Positions 37,815 to 47,358 of a stretch of 64,000 nucleotides of DNA are shown here, piece after piece (positions within the stretch are counted from its first letter, which is position 1; each line of letters opens with the position of its first letter). The position numbers were made by a program, and so were the translations under genes. Under the pieces are notes generated by a model. That model saw nothing but the letters and a program-made list of their open reading frames with translations. It was not told the DNA's origin and did not search any database. The stretch is from Deltaproteobacteria bacterium (GTDB taxonomy: Bacteria; Desulfobacterota_D; UBA1144; Nemesobacterales; CSP1-2), in the NCBI GenBank assembly GCA_052390235.1, contig JBQTHB010000006.1, positions 64,001 to 128,000 of the forward strand, in the 5' to 3' direction.

Positions 37815-39015
37815 ATGATTAAACAAGGTGATTGCAAAATTGAACTAAAGAAAATCGAGCCTAACTCAATAGATTTAGTTTATCTTGACCCACCTTTTTT
37901 TTACACAAAGGAAGCAGTTACAAAAAACGAGGGATAATTCAAAGGAATATTCTTTTGATGACAGTTGGGAAAATATTGACGTGTACAGAAACTACATAAA
38001 GGATAGATTATTGGAATGTAAGAGGGTGTTAAAAAATACAGGCAGTATTTTTCTTCATTGCGACCGAAGCGCATCACACCACCTAAGGTTTGCCCTGGAT
38101 GATATTTTTGGAGCAGGTAACTTTCAAAGTGAAATAGTTTGGTCATACAAAAGATGGTCTAACGCGAAAAGGGGGTTGTTAAACTCACATCAAGTTATTT
38201 ATTTTTATAGCACAACCGCAGATTACAAATTCAATCATTTCTTTGAAGACTATTCTCTTACAACAAATATAGATCAGATTTTCCAAAAAAGAGCGAGGGA
38301 TAAAAATGGAAAAACTAAGTACAAAACCAATGGCAACGGTGATTACGAGCTCTTAGAAAACAAAAAAGGTGTGCCTCTTTCGGATATTTGGGAAATCCCG
38401 TATTTAAATCCGAAAGCAAATGAGCGAGCTGGTTATCCAACCCAAAAACCAATTTTACTATTGGAAAAGATAATTAATTTGGTAACTGATGAAAATGATG
38501 TTGTTTTAGATCCATTTTGTGGGAGCGGAACAACTCTTGTTGCGGCTAAATTGCTAAAGAGAAAATATGTTGGTTTTGACATTTCTAATGATGCGGTTGA
38601 ACTCACACAAAAAAGGTTGGCTAACCCCATAAAATCAGAATCTAATTTGCTAAAAAACGGCAAAAATTCTTATTCGAATCAAAACCCTGAATTTTTGCAT
38701 ATATTGGACTTAATCGATGCTACCCCAGTGCAAAGAAATAAAGGAATTGATGGTTTTTTGAATGTAAACAACTCATTGAAGCCAATCCCTGTCAAAATCC
38801 AACGGCATGATGAGACAATTCAAAAAGCGAAGCATTTACTTATTCAGGCTTCTAGTAAAAATGATTTTAAGACAAAAATATTGATAAAGACAAATAATCT
38901 TTCTGAGAGCTCACTTTTTGAATTGTCAAAGGAAGAAAACACTAAAAATCTTATCCTCACTAACAACCTAGAGGACTTTATAAAAAACAGAGAGAAAATA
39001 CTCATGTCTGAATAA
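37815..39015 (+). pseudogene. Site-specific DNA methyltransferase (beta class), +1 frameshift in a T8 tract
   Basis: ATG 37815 gives MIKQGDC...IDLVYLDPPFF; the T8 at 37895-37902 needs to be T7 to join TQRKQ...YPTQKP...VLDPFCGSGTT. Confidence 0.85.
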
Positions 39016-39194
39016 GCGGCCGGGCAGTGCAAAGGAAATAAATGCGATAAAAATTTGGATGAGGGTTGCATCGGCTAGATTTTCAATATCCCCCCCTCCC
39101 CCACAATCTCATCAGGAGCGTCCCCAAACGCCTTTGATGTTTTCCGCGCGCCCGTATAGACTCACTAATAAACTCCTCTGCCTAGCCTGCCAAA

Positions 39195-40241
39195 ATGCCG
39201 AATCCGCTCGTATCCGTCGTCATCCCCGCAAGGAATGAAGAATCAAACATCGCCAAGTGCCTCAGTTCCGTTGTCGCTCAGACCTACGGGAATATAGAAA
39301 TTATCATCGTTGACGATAACTCCGAGGACGGCACAGCCGAGCAAGCGCGAGTCATTCAAAAAACCTGCGGCAAAATAAATCTCATCCAAAACTCTGAGAT
39401 AAAGCCCGGCTGGACGGGGAAAAATTACGTCCTATCCCTTGGAGTCGCCAAAGCAACCGGGCAGTGGCTTCTATTTCTCGACGCAGACACCGAGCTATAC
39501 CCCCGCGCCGTTGAGGAAACCCTCGCCTTTTGCCTGTCGAATAAAATCTCGATGCGCTCCCTAAGCCCGGAGCAAACGCTCGTCGGATTTTGGGAACGGG
39601 CGATTCAGCCAGTGATTTTCGACATCCTCGCCGCGCTATATGACTACGGGCGAGTGAACGACCCCGCCGAAAAAGACGCCGCCGCCAACGGGCAGTTCAT
39701 CTTCATCGAGCGCGATACCTACGAAAAAGTGGGGGGACACGCATCAGTCCGAGGGAAAATGCTCGAGGACTTGGAGCTTGCAAAATGCCTCAAGCGGGAG
39801 GGATTTGCGATTTCCTTCGGCTACGGCGGGGGAGCGGTCAAGTGCCGGATGTATAAATCCCTGGGGGAGATTATTGAGGGGTGGACAAAGGGGCTTTTCA
39901 CCCTCGCGGGGCTAAATTTCAAGAACGCCGCCCGGATTATCGCAAGCCTAATATTCGCGCTCCTGCCCGTGATGCTTTGCGTCTATTTTTCGGCGCTATC
40001 ACTTAGATTGCCGTCCCCTGTGAATTTCACCCTGCTCGGCGCATCCGTGTTATGGGGGGCGGCGGCGCATTTTCGGAGGAGGCGGCGGTTTCGAGAATTA
40101 AATTATCCGCCCAGTTCGGCAATTCTGCACCCCATCGGCGCTGTCTTTGCGATATTCCTCATCGTGCGCTCGGCTTATCCGTCCGCCACATCGGGCAAGG
40201 TGCGCTGGAAGGGGCGCGAGTATCCGGCGGATAAAAATTGA
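39195..40241 (+). CDS. Glycosyltransferase family 2 (CrtQ/HpnB-like)
   Basis: VSVVIPARNEE, VDDNSED, GWTGK, FLDAD, ANGQF, LEDLELA and WKGR motifs; C-terminal TMs. Confidence 0.88.
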   Translation: MPNPLVSVVIPARNEESNIAKCLSSVVAQTYGNIEIIIVDDNSEDGTAEQARVIQKTCGKINLIQNSEIKPGWTGKNYVLSLGVAKATGQWLLFLDADTELYPRAVEETLAFCLSNKISMRSLSPEQTLVGFWERAIQPVIFDILAALYDYGRVNDPAEKDAAANGQFIFIERDTYEKVGGHASVRGKMLEDLELAKCLKREGFAISFGYGGGAVKCRMYKSLGEIIEGWTKGLFTLAGLNFKNAARIIASLIFALLPVMLCVYFSALSLRLPSPVNFTLLGASVLWGAAAHFRRRRRFRELNYPPSSAILHPIGAVFAIFLIVRSAYPSATSGKVRWKGREYPADKN

Positions 40242-40277
40242 GATTCCCCCCCATTTTCATGATAAGCTAAAGCGGTC

Positions 40278-40931
40278 ATGGAGAGAGAATCCAAAGCCCA
40301 AGTCCAACAAAAAACCCACAGAGACGTCCTAGAGCTTATCGAGCAGGAGAGATTCATCCTACTCATTAGGGGAAAGTCCATTGAGTCGGTCCTCGAGGCT
40401 ACGGATGCGGCGAGGAATCTTGGATTTAGGCTCGTGGGATGGGACTTTCAAACCCCCGAGGTCCAGATACTAATGAAATCGCTTAAAAAACAGGGGGGAG
40501 GGGCAAACGTCGGCGTGTTCAATGTCTCGTCGGCAAAAGAGGCGAGACTCGCCGTGAATCGGGGGGCGAGGTTTGTTTTTTTGACTCACCTCGACGGGGG
40601 AGCGCTAAAAAAATGCAGGGCTGAGCGCGTATTTCATGCGGCGGGAGCGCTCACGGCGGGGGAGATTGCCGGGTGCCTCGAAAGGCGCGCCGATGCTGTG
40701 AGCCTGTTTCCGGCGCGGGCGGCGGGCGGGGCGGCGGGTCTGGAGTTGCTCGCGAGGGCGTTTGCCAAAGCAAATATCATCCCGACGGATGCTACATCGC
40801 CGGCGGAGTCGCTCGAATATCTCAGGGCTGGGGCCTATGCCGTTGCGCCGATAATCGAGGCGAGAGAATTTGATGCAGCCTCGGAAATCCTCCGGGGATT
40901 CGCCGAAATTAAGCTCGCGCTTGAGAAATGA
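40278..40931 (+). CDS. KDPG/KHG aldolase (Eda)-like protein, catalytic residues absent
   Basis: Collinear with Eda (GARF, GALT..EI, LFPA...GG, IPT, YL.AGA), with the key residues substituted. Confidence 0.65.
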   Translation: MERESKAQVQQKTHRDVLELIEQERFILLIRGKSIESVLEATDAARNLGFRLVGWDFQTPEVQILMKSLKKQGGGANVGVFNVSSAKEARLAVNRGARFVFLTHLDGGALKKCRAERVFHAAGALTAGEIAGCLERRADAVSLFPARAAGGAAGLELLARAFAKANIIPTDATSPAESLEYLRAGAYAVAPIIEAREFDAASEILRGFAEIKLALEK

Positions 40932-41027
40932 AACTTTTACCGTGATTATTGAGTTATCAGATTCATACGGCGATTCGGTAATTACCGGCGGAAAGAACTC
41001 ACGCCGCTACCATAAGAAGGAGGATTC

Positions 41028-42878
41028 ATGAGAAGATTAACTCTATTCATCCTAGGCACAGTGCTCTGCCTCTCGGCGGCGGCTATGGATGCGCGCTCCG
41101 AATCCGGGGCAGAATATAGGCTCAACTACAAAAAAAGCGAAGATTCCAAAACGAGCCTCAAAATACGAAGCGTAGCTAACCGGATGAAATCCATGGGCGC
41201 CGCTCGGAGCAAATCGGGGAATTTCAAGCTCGAAGCCCTCTCAACCCCCTTAGTCAAAGTAAACCCGCAGGGAGACATCGAGGCGTATATTCACATCAGC
41301 CGCTGGAGCGATGAGAATCTAGCGACTCTCGCATCTCTCGGCGCGGAGATACAACTGAGGGTAGAGAAATATTCCCTTGTCCTCGCGTGGATTCCATTTG
41401 AGAGCTTAGGCGAAATCGAGAACCTCAGCTTCGTAAAGAAAATCACCCCTCCGAGCTACGGCAGGTCCCGCGTTGGGTCGGTAAACACCCAGGGCGATGC
41501 CGTAATCAACGCAAACGACGTGAGAGCGGGCCTAGGATTCGACGGAAGCGGAGTGCGCGTCGGGATAATTTCGGACGGAATTGAGACTATTTCCTCCTCT
41601 GTTTCGGATGGCGACATCCCAAGCGGCGTCATCGTGGGCAACGCCGGAGACGGAGACGAGGGAACGGCTCTTTTAGAGATAGTTCACGACGTTGCTCCGG
41701 GGGCGACGCTCGCATTCTCGACGGGCAATAACTCGGCCCTGTTCGTCAATGCGGTGAATTTTCTCGTCGGCATCGGGGCGGACATTATAGTTGACGACCT
41801 TGGGTTCTTGGGAGAGCCGTTTTTCGAGGATGGCATGCTAGCCGAAGAGGCTGAAGACGCCGTCGCCGCGGGGGTGGTTTTCGTCTCGGCGGCGGGGAAC
41901 GACGCAGACCAGCACTACCAGGGGTTCTACGCCGATTCAAACCCCGGAGGCGGAGATAACAACCGCCACGACTTCGGATTCGCCTCAGGGGGAGGCTCAG
42001 ATGCCGCAATGCGGATACAAATCCCCCCGCTGCAAACCGTTCTAGTTGTGCTACAGTGGAACGACCCTTTCGGCAATTCCAGCAACGACTACGACCTTTT
42101 TTTGTTTAATCCGTCAACGGGCGAGGTAATTGACTCTAGCGTGGACGTGCAAAACGGAGACGACGACCCCATCGAAACAGCCATAGCGCAGAACACAAGC
42201 TCAGGCGCGTCCCTTGCTGTTGATGTAGTCATCAACCGATTCGCAGGGCAGTCGAGAACCCTTGAGATACTCTTCAATGGGCCGGTTTTCCCTCAGGAGT
42301 TCAACACCCCAGAAGACAGCGTATTCGGACACCCTGCCGCATCGTCCGTAATTGCCGTTGGAGCGGTTCCGGCGAATAATCCGAACAGCGCCGAGGTATT
42401 TAGCGCGAGGGGCCCGGTGTCAATATTCTTCCCCTTTTTCGAGTCGAGACCGAAGCCTGAGGTCGTTGCGCCAGATAGGGTCTCAACGGGAGTCGCGGGG
42501 TTTAGCCCCTTTGTCGGCACTTCGGCCGCCGCGCCGCACGTTGCAGGGGTGGTAGCTTTGATGCTTGAAGCTGACCCGACGCTCTCGCCTTCGGGGGTGG
42601 CAAATATCTTGGGGATTACCGCAGTGGATTTGGGTGCGGCGGGATTTGATAACCTCTTCGGCTTCGGTAGGGTTGACGCCTTTGGGGCGGTGTCGTTCAT
42701 TGACCCGGACGACAATGGCGGGGGCGACGACGGGGGAAGCGAGTCGAGCGGGTGCGCTCTGGCATCTGGGGGCGGCAGTGCGGCGGCGGGGATTTTAAAT
42801 ATGCTTATATTCTCAATTCCGGCGGTCATTGCCGGCGCGAGGGGATACGCGAGATTGAGGATACGGGATTCAAAATAA
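41028..42878 (+). CDS. Secreted S8/S53-like serine peptidase with a C-terminal Gly/Cys-TM-basic sorting tail
   Basis: Signal peptide and prodomain; GVRVGIISDG, DEGTALLEIVHDVAPGA, SAAGN and FVGTSAAAPHVAG motifs; tail GGGDDGGSESSGCAL, then a TM, then RLRIR. Confidence 0.85.
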   Translation: MRRLTLFILGTVLCLSAAAMDARSESGAEYRLNYKKSEDSKTSLKIRSVANRMKSMGAARSKSGNFKLEALSTPLVKVNPQGDIEAYIHISRWSDENLATLASLGAEIQLRVEKYSLVLAWIPFESLGEIENLSFVKKITPPSYGRSRVGSVNTQGDAVINANDVRAGLGFDGSGVRVGIISDGIETISSSVSDGDIPSGVIVGNAGDGDEGTALLEIVHDVAPGATLAFSTGNNSALFVNAVNFLVGIGADIIVDDLGFLGEPFFEDGMLAEEAEDAVAAGVVFVSAAGNDADQHYQGFYADSNPGGGDNNRHDFGFASGGGSDAAMRIQIPPLQTVLVVLQWNDPFGNSSNDYDLFLFNPSTGEVIDSSVDVQNGDDDPIETAIAQNTSSGASLAVDVVINRFAGQSRTLEILFNGPVFPQEFNTPEDSVFGHPAASSVIAVGAVPANNPNSAEVFSARGPVSIFFPFFESRPKPEVVAPDRVSTGVAGFSPFVGTSAAAPHVAGVVALMLEADPTLSPSGVANILGITAVDLGAAGFDNLFGFGRVDAFGAVSFIDPDDNGGGDDGGSESSGCALASGGGSAAAGILNMLIFSIPAVIAGARGYARLRIRDSK

Positions 42879-43025
42879 AGACGAGAGAAGAGCGACACTC
42901 CCCTCTGCTGTTCAGGGGGGGGCGATGCCCTGTGGCATTTGGTGGTGATTATAGCGCTATGAACGGGCGAGATGGCATCCGCGCATCAAAGAAAAGCGGC
43001 ATTGCTGAAACAACACACGATTTAA

Positions 43026-44945
43026 CTATGCGCCAAGCTCAAGCGTGATGCGCCGGCGCTCGACGTCGGCTTCAATAACCCGAACCCGAACCTCGTCGCC
43101 TATTTCAAAACGCTTGCCCCTTTTTATCTTCTCCCTCGGCACAAAACCCTCGACGAAAATATCCTTGAGTTCAACGAATATGCCGAACTGAAGCGCGCTT
43201 ATGACTAGCCCGTCGAAATCCTCGCCGACGTGGGTTTTCATCATATACACGCGCTCAAGTTTTACCGCCTCGCGCTCGACCTCGGCTGAGAACCTCTCTT
43301 TCACAGAGCAGTGGTTCGCCATCCAATCAAGCGACTGCTCATCATAGGGGGAATTTCTCCCATCCACGAGGGAGGTAACGATTCTATGGACGATTAAATC
43401 AGGATAGCGTCTTATGGGCGAGGTAAAATGGGTGTAATTATTGAGCGCAAGCCCGAAATGCCCCTTCGTCTCGGTTGAATAAATTGCCCGTTTCAGCGAG
43501 CGCAGAATCATCGTATTTACGGCAAGCTCCAGAGCCGTTCCCTTGGATTGGAAAAAGACCTTTTGAATGTCCTCCGGCTTCACGCTCCGCTCGATGTTCA
43601 GATAAATCCCAAGCCTCTTGAGGTCTAAGGAAAGCTCTTTTATCGAGGCAAAATCCGGCGTCTCGTGGATTCGGTAAATCGAGGGGACTTTCGCGCTCAG
43701 GGTGAACGAGGCGGCGGCGTTATTTGCCGAAATCATAAACTCTTCAATGATTCCCATGGCGACGTTGCGCTCAGCTTTGACCACGTCAACAGTTCTGCCG
43801 CGCTCATCGCGCACGAGCTGCGGTTCGGGGATGTCGAAATCAAGCCCTCCGCGCTCGATGCGGCGCCCCCTGATTTTCTCATAAAGCTCCTTCATCACCC
43901 TTAGGCTCTCGACCAGTTCCCTGTCTTTTTTGAGGATTCGCTTCTTCTCGAAAAGCGCGGATACCTGCGAATAAGTGAGGCGGTGTCGGCTTCGGATGAC
44001 GCTTGCGTATATTCTATATGAGGTCATAGCGCCGAGCGCGTCAAACTCCATCTCAACCGTCTTTGTCGCCCTATCCTCGTTCGGGACGAGGCTGCAAATC
44101 CAATCCGAGAGCCTCTCAGGGAGCATCGGCACAACCTGCATGGGCAGATAAGTGCTTGTGGCGCGCCGGAGAGCTTCGTTGTCAATTTCGCTTCCCGGTT
44201 TAACGTAATGAGAAACGTCCGCTATCGAGACCGTGAGCCTGTAGCCCGCGCCGACGCGCTCAATTCCAACGGCGTCGTCAAAGTCCCGCGCGGTATCGTT
44301 GTCTATCGTAACAATCAAACTGCCGCGAAGGTCAGCCCTCTGCGCCAAGACCTCAGGGGAAATCGTGTCGGAAATCGAATCGGACTCCCTAACCGCCTCA
44401 GGCGCGAACGCATCGGGAAGGCTGAATTCGACGAAAAGCCCCTTCTTTTCAACCTCCAGACCCCCCGCTTTTCCAAGCACCTCGACCACGTGCGCCGAAG
44501 GACGGGGTCTCGAAGATTGCGTCTGGGACAGCTCAGCCACGACTAGGCTCTGGCTCCTCACCCCCTTGACTTCGCTGAGTTGAACTGGAATCGGCGGCAT
44601 TTTCGAGTTCCTAGGCACTATCACTCCGGTTTTGCCAGTTCTGATAAAAGTGCCGAGCATTTTCCCAGCCTCGGCTAGCGGGCGCGCCGGTTTGAGTATC
44701 GGCTTGGGGGCTTCGCGCTCCTTCAGAGGTTTCGCGGCTGCTGCGCCATATTCCCCTAGGGTGTATCTTCCGCCCTGAATTCTCTTGATTGACTCCTCCC
44801 GAACGAGCCTTTTGAGCAGTTTTTTGAGACCCTTGCGGGAGTCCCTCGGCACTCCGAGGCGGCGAGCCAGCTCGCTTACTGTCATCGGCTGGTAGGAGCG
44901 GCTGTCCATGAGTTTAACTATTTCTTTAGTCTGCGGGAGTTTCAT
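43026..44945 (-). CDS. rnr: Ribonuclease R (RNB family)
   Basis: N-terminal HTH; TIDNDTARDFDDAV, IEEFMI.AN and HFGLA...YTHFTSPIRRYPDL motifs; S1 domain. Confidence 0.9.
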   Translation of the reverse strand: MKLPQTKEIVKLMDSRSYQPMTVSELARRLGVPRDSRKGLKKLLKRLVREESIKRIQGGRYTLGEYGAAAAKPLKEREAPKPILKPARPLAEAGKMLGTFIRTGKTGVIVPRNSKMPPIPVQLSEVKGVRSQSLVVAELSQTQSSRPRPSAHVVEVLGKAGGLEVEKKGLFVEFSLPDAFAPEAVRESDSISDTISPEVLAQRADLRGSLIVTIDNDTARDFDDAVGIERVGAGYRLTVSIADVSHYVKPGSEIDNEALRRATSTYLPMQVVPMLPERLSDWICSLVPNEDRATKTVEMEFDALGAMTSYRIYASVIRSRHRLTYSQVSALFEKKRILKKDRELVESLRVMKELYEKIRGRRIERGGLDFDIPEPQLVRDERGRTVDVVKAERNVAMGIIEEFMISANNAAASFTLSAKVPSIYRIHETPDFASIKELSLDLKRLGIYLNIERSVKPEDIQKVFFQSKGTALELAVNTMILRSLKRAIYSTETKGHFGLALNNYTHFTSPIRRYPDLIVHRIVTSLVDGRNSPYDEQSLDWMANHCSVKERFSAEVEREAVKLERVYMMKTHVGEDFDGLVISALQFGIFVELKDIFVEGFVPREKIKRGKRFEIGDEVRVRVIEADVERRRITLELGA

Positions 44946-45120
44946 CGGGATGGCTCTGTGGCGTATCGCGCATTAAATTAGACAATTATCGAGGGGCGTT
45001 ATCACAACCCCGTTAGAATTACACATTAAGCCGATGGGCGCAAGTGGCTTGGATTTGTAATTATGAAATATTCAGATAAAATCCACGTTGCGTTCAATAA
45101 TTAATTGCCTGAGGTAGAAA

Positions 45121-45309
45121 ATGCTAAAGACGAACATACTCGGAAGTGTCCTCATCTGCTCGGTTCTGTTTTCAATTATCGCGTATCTGTTCTCGCTGGC
45201 GATTGACATAAATTGGCCCATGTATTTTAGAATCGTAGGGGTTGTCGCAGTTATCGCCCTCATAATAGCAGTTTTGGCTAGAGAGGGCGGCAAGGGACAT
45301 AGCCACTAA
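45121..45309 (+). CDS. Small two-TM membrane protein
   Basis: GAGGT ribosome-binding site; two hydrophobic helices; fills the intergenic gap. Confidence 0.55.
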   Translation: MLKTNILGSVLICSVLFSIIAYLFSLAIDINWPMYFRIVGVVAVIALIIAVLAREGGKGHSH

Positions 45310-45416
45310 CCCCCAGAACCCGCTCGGAATCAAGTACACGACTGAAATCCGCCCCAATCTCACAAGCAAGAGAGAAGCTCTGCTCCCCGCAGAATCGTGG
45401 GGCGCGCCCGATGTTG

Positions 45417-46013
45417 CTAATTGGCATATTTCACTGAACATCCATAGGGCTTGGTCTCGGAAACCAACACCGCTCTGCCCGAAGCCACCTCGCCGAGGGC
45501 TCTATCAACGTAATTGAGCGGAGCTTTGCTAGAGCCGGAGGGGTCATCGTCTATCGCGCCCTCATAGACCACTTTTCTCGATTTATCGAGTATAAACAGA
45601 TGAGGCGTAGTCTGAGCCGAGTACCTCTTTCCCACGTTGCCCGCGTGGTCATCGAGAATCGGATAGGCGACTCCGTAGCTTGCGGCCCAGTTTTTATTGT
45701 CATTCACATCCATGTAGCGCGTGGAGTTTACGGCGAGCCACGCAACGTCCTTCCCATATTTTTCGGCAAGAGTGGTCATGGTTTTTGATTTATAATGGCG
45801 CTGAACGAACGGGCAGTCCGGGTTTGTCCACTCAAGCACGACGATTTTCCCGTCATAGTCCGAGAGTTTTACGGTCTTGCCGTTTTGGTCGAGAAGCTCA
45901 AAATCCGACGCCGGCGCGCCCTGGGCAACTTTGGACTCGGCTAACGGGCTAAATGTAAAATGCAGGGCGGCGAGAATAAATAAGGTCGCAAGCAGCAGTG
46001 CGTTTCGTTTCAT
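45417..46013 (-). CDS. Exported thioredoxin/redoxin-family protein
   Basis: Signal peptide; VVLEWTNPDCPFV, TTPH, YEGAIDD and PYGCSVKY motifs. Confidence 0.88.
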   Translation of the reverse strand: MKRNALLLATLFILAALHFTFSPLAESKVAQGAPASDFELLDQNGKTVKLSDYDGKIVVLEWTNPDCPFVQRHYKSKTMTTLAEKYGKDVAWLAVNSTRYMDVNDNKNWAASYGVAYPILDDHAGNVGKRYSAQTTPHLFILDKSRKVVYEGAIDDDPSGSSKAPLNYVDRALGEVASGRAVLVSETKPYGCSVKYAN

Positions 46014-46039
46014 AACGTCCTCCTAAATATAGAAATTTT

Positions 46040-46921
46040 CTATAGCCTCTCACGAGAGCGAAGCGGAATGGCGAGAGTTACTCCCCTCGTGTCCCCCCCC
46101 TCGCCCCTGTATGCGACGACGGTCTCCAGCGCCTCGGATGAGAGCTTCTGCCCAGAATAAACCCTAGCCGAGAAAGTAATTAGAGTACGCCCGCCCTCGT
46201 GCTGAACCGAGAGATTGTCAACGGCTAAAGCCCCTTCGGGAGCGGGGAGCAAATCCACCCACGACGGCGCAACCTTCCAATCGAGAACAACTGAGAAATT
46301 CCCACTGCTGCCGCCGTCAACACCTCCGGCTATTTTCGATTTAAACGGGGCTTTAGGCGAGTCCATGCGAACCGGAAGCCGTCCCTGCCAGAGGCGAAAC
46401 AGCTCGGAATTAGCGGGAGCGGCAGATTTTGCGGCCGAGAGCGTCATCCGAAGCTCGGTTTTACCCGGCAGGCACACATCATCGCAGCTCACCCACGAGA
46501 CTTTGGCGCGAATTGGGATGTCGGAATCAAACGAGAGGTTTTTCGGAGATTTAACACTCGCAAAGAGCATGACGGAATTTTCATAGCCGTAATCCGCAGT
46601 TCCGCCGGAGCGATTGAAGCTCGCGGGCGTGGGCCATTGGATTTCACCTGCCTCAAACCCGTCGGGGAGGGTCAGGGCAATGGAAGTCGGAAGCCCCGAA
46701 GAGCCTGAGTTTTTCCAGTAGATATGCCAGCCGGGGTCAAGATGAAACAGCACTCCAAGGGTGAACGCCGCCCCAGGCTTCACAGCGGCGACATCCGAGA
46801 CGAGTTTAGCCCTTATCGGATGGGGCGGCTCGGCAAATACGGCGGACGATAGGCAAAAGAGCAGGGCGAATAGGGCTATCAATAATTTGAATTTGGTCAT
46901 GGCTGAGAATCGGGGGTTCAT
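46040..46921 (-). CDS. Stand-alone DsbD N-terminal-like domain protein
   Basis: Signal peptide; PGWHIYWKN.G..GLPT, WPTP and W..CDDVCLP motifs. Confidence 0.82.
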   Translation of the reverse strand: MNPRFSAMTKFKLLIALFALLFCLSSAVFAEPPHPIRAKLVSDVAAVKPGAAFTLGVLFHLDPGWHIYWKNSGSSGLPTSIALTLPDGFEAGEIQWPTPASFNRSGGTADYGYENSVMLFASVKSPKNLSFDSDIPIRAKVSWVSCDDVCLPGKTELRMTLSAAKSAAPANSELFRLWQGRLPVRMDSPKAPFKSKIAGGVDGGSSGNFSVVLDWKVAPSWVDLLPAPEGALAVDNLSVQHEGGRTLITFSARVYSGQKLSSEALETVVAYRGEGGDTRGVTLAIPLRSRERL

Positions 46922-46969
46922 TAGCGGGGCTGGCTCAAGTCATGGCGGGGCAGAGTCCGATGTGCGCTA

Positions 46970-47254
46970 TTAATCAAAATCAAACAGCTCGCCGAGAAAT
47001 CCCTTTTTCTTGCGGCGGCGCCCATCCCTGTCGTAGTCGTCATCGTGATCCCCCCTCCGCTCATAGGGGCGCGAATCTTCCCTCGTGGGCGCGCTCTTGG
47101 GCTTGCTTTCGGCAAATGACGCAGACCGCTCGATGATTTTATCTAGCTCTCCGCGGTCAAGCCACACCCCTCGGCACTGAGGGCAGTAGTCAATCTCCAC
47201 GCCCTGCCTGTCCGCCATTACAAGCGCGACGCTGCTGCATTCTGGACATTCCAT
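46970..47254 (-). CDS. zf-TFIIB-like zinc-ribbon protein
   Basis: MECPEC...VEIDYCPQCRGVWLDRGELDKII and KKKGFLGELFDF. Confidence 0.88.
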   Translation of the reverse strand: MECPECSSVALVMADRQGVEIDYCPQCRGVWLDRGELDKIIERSASFAESKPKSAPTREDSRPYERRGDHDDDYDRDGRRRKKKGFLGELFDFD

Positions 47255-47358
47255 TGCGGGTTACTCCTTTTCATTTTTAGTTTTAGGTCATGAAGAGTAT
47301 TAAGCACGACTCTGGCGAAGTAAAGCGAAATTTTCGAGCTAGGGGAAATTAAATTAAT

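Larger units (their letters stand above)
36880..39105. mobile_element. AT-rich genomic islet inserted after tRNA-Ser (decayed C-R-M cassette; no integrase)
   Basis: GC drops visibly just after the tRNA CCA and recovers near 39020-39100; contains only R-M genes. Confidence 0.7.

Noticed and set aside
36880..39105. Prophage or active integrative element
   Set aside because: It has no integrase, transposase or phage genes; only a 2.2-kb R-M remnant.
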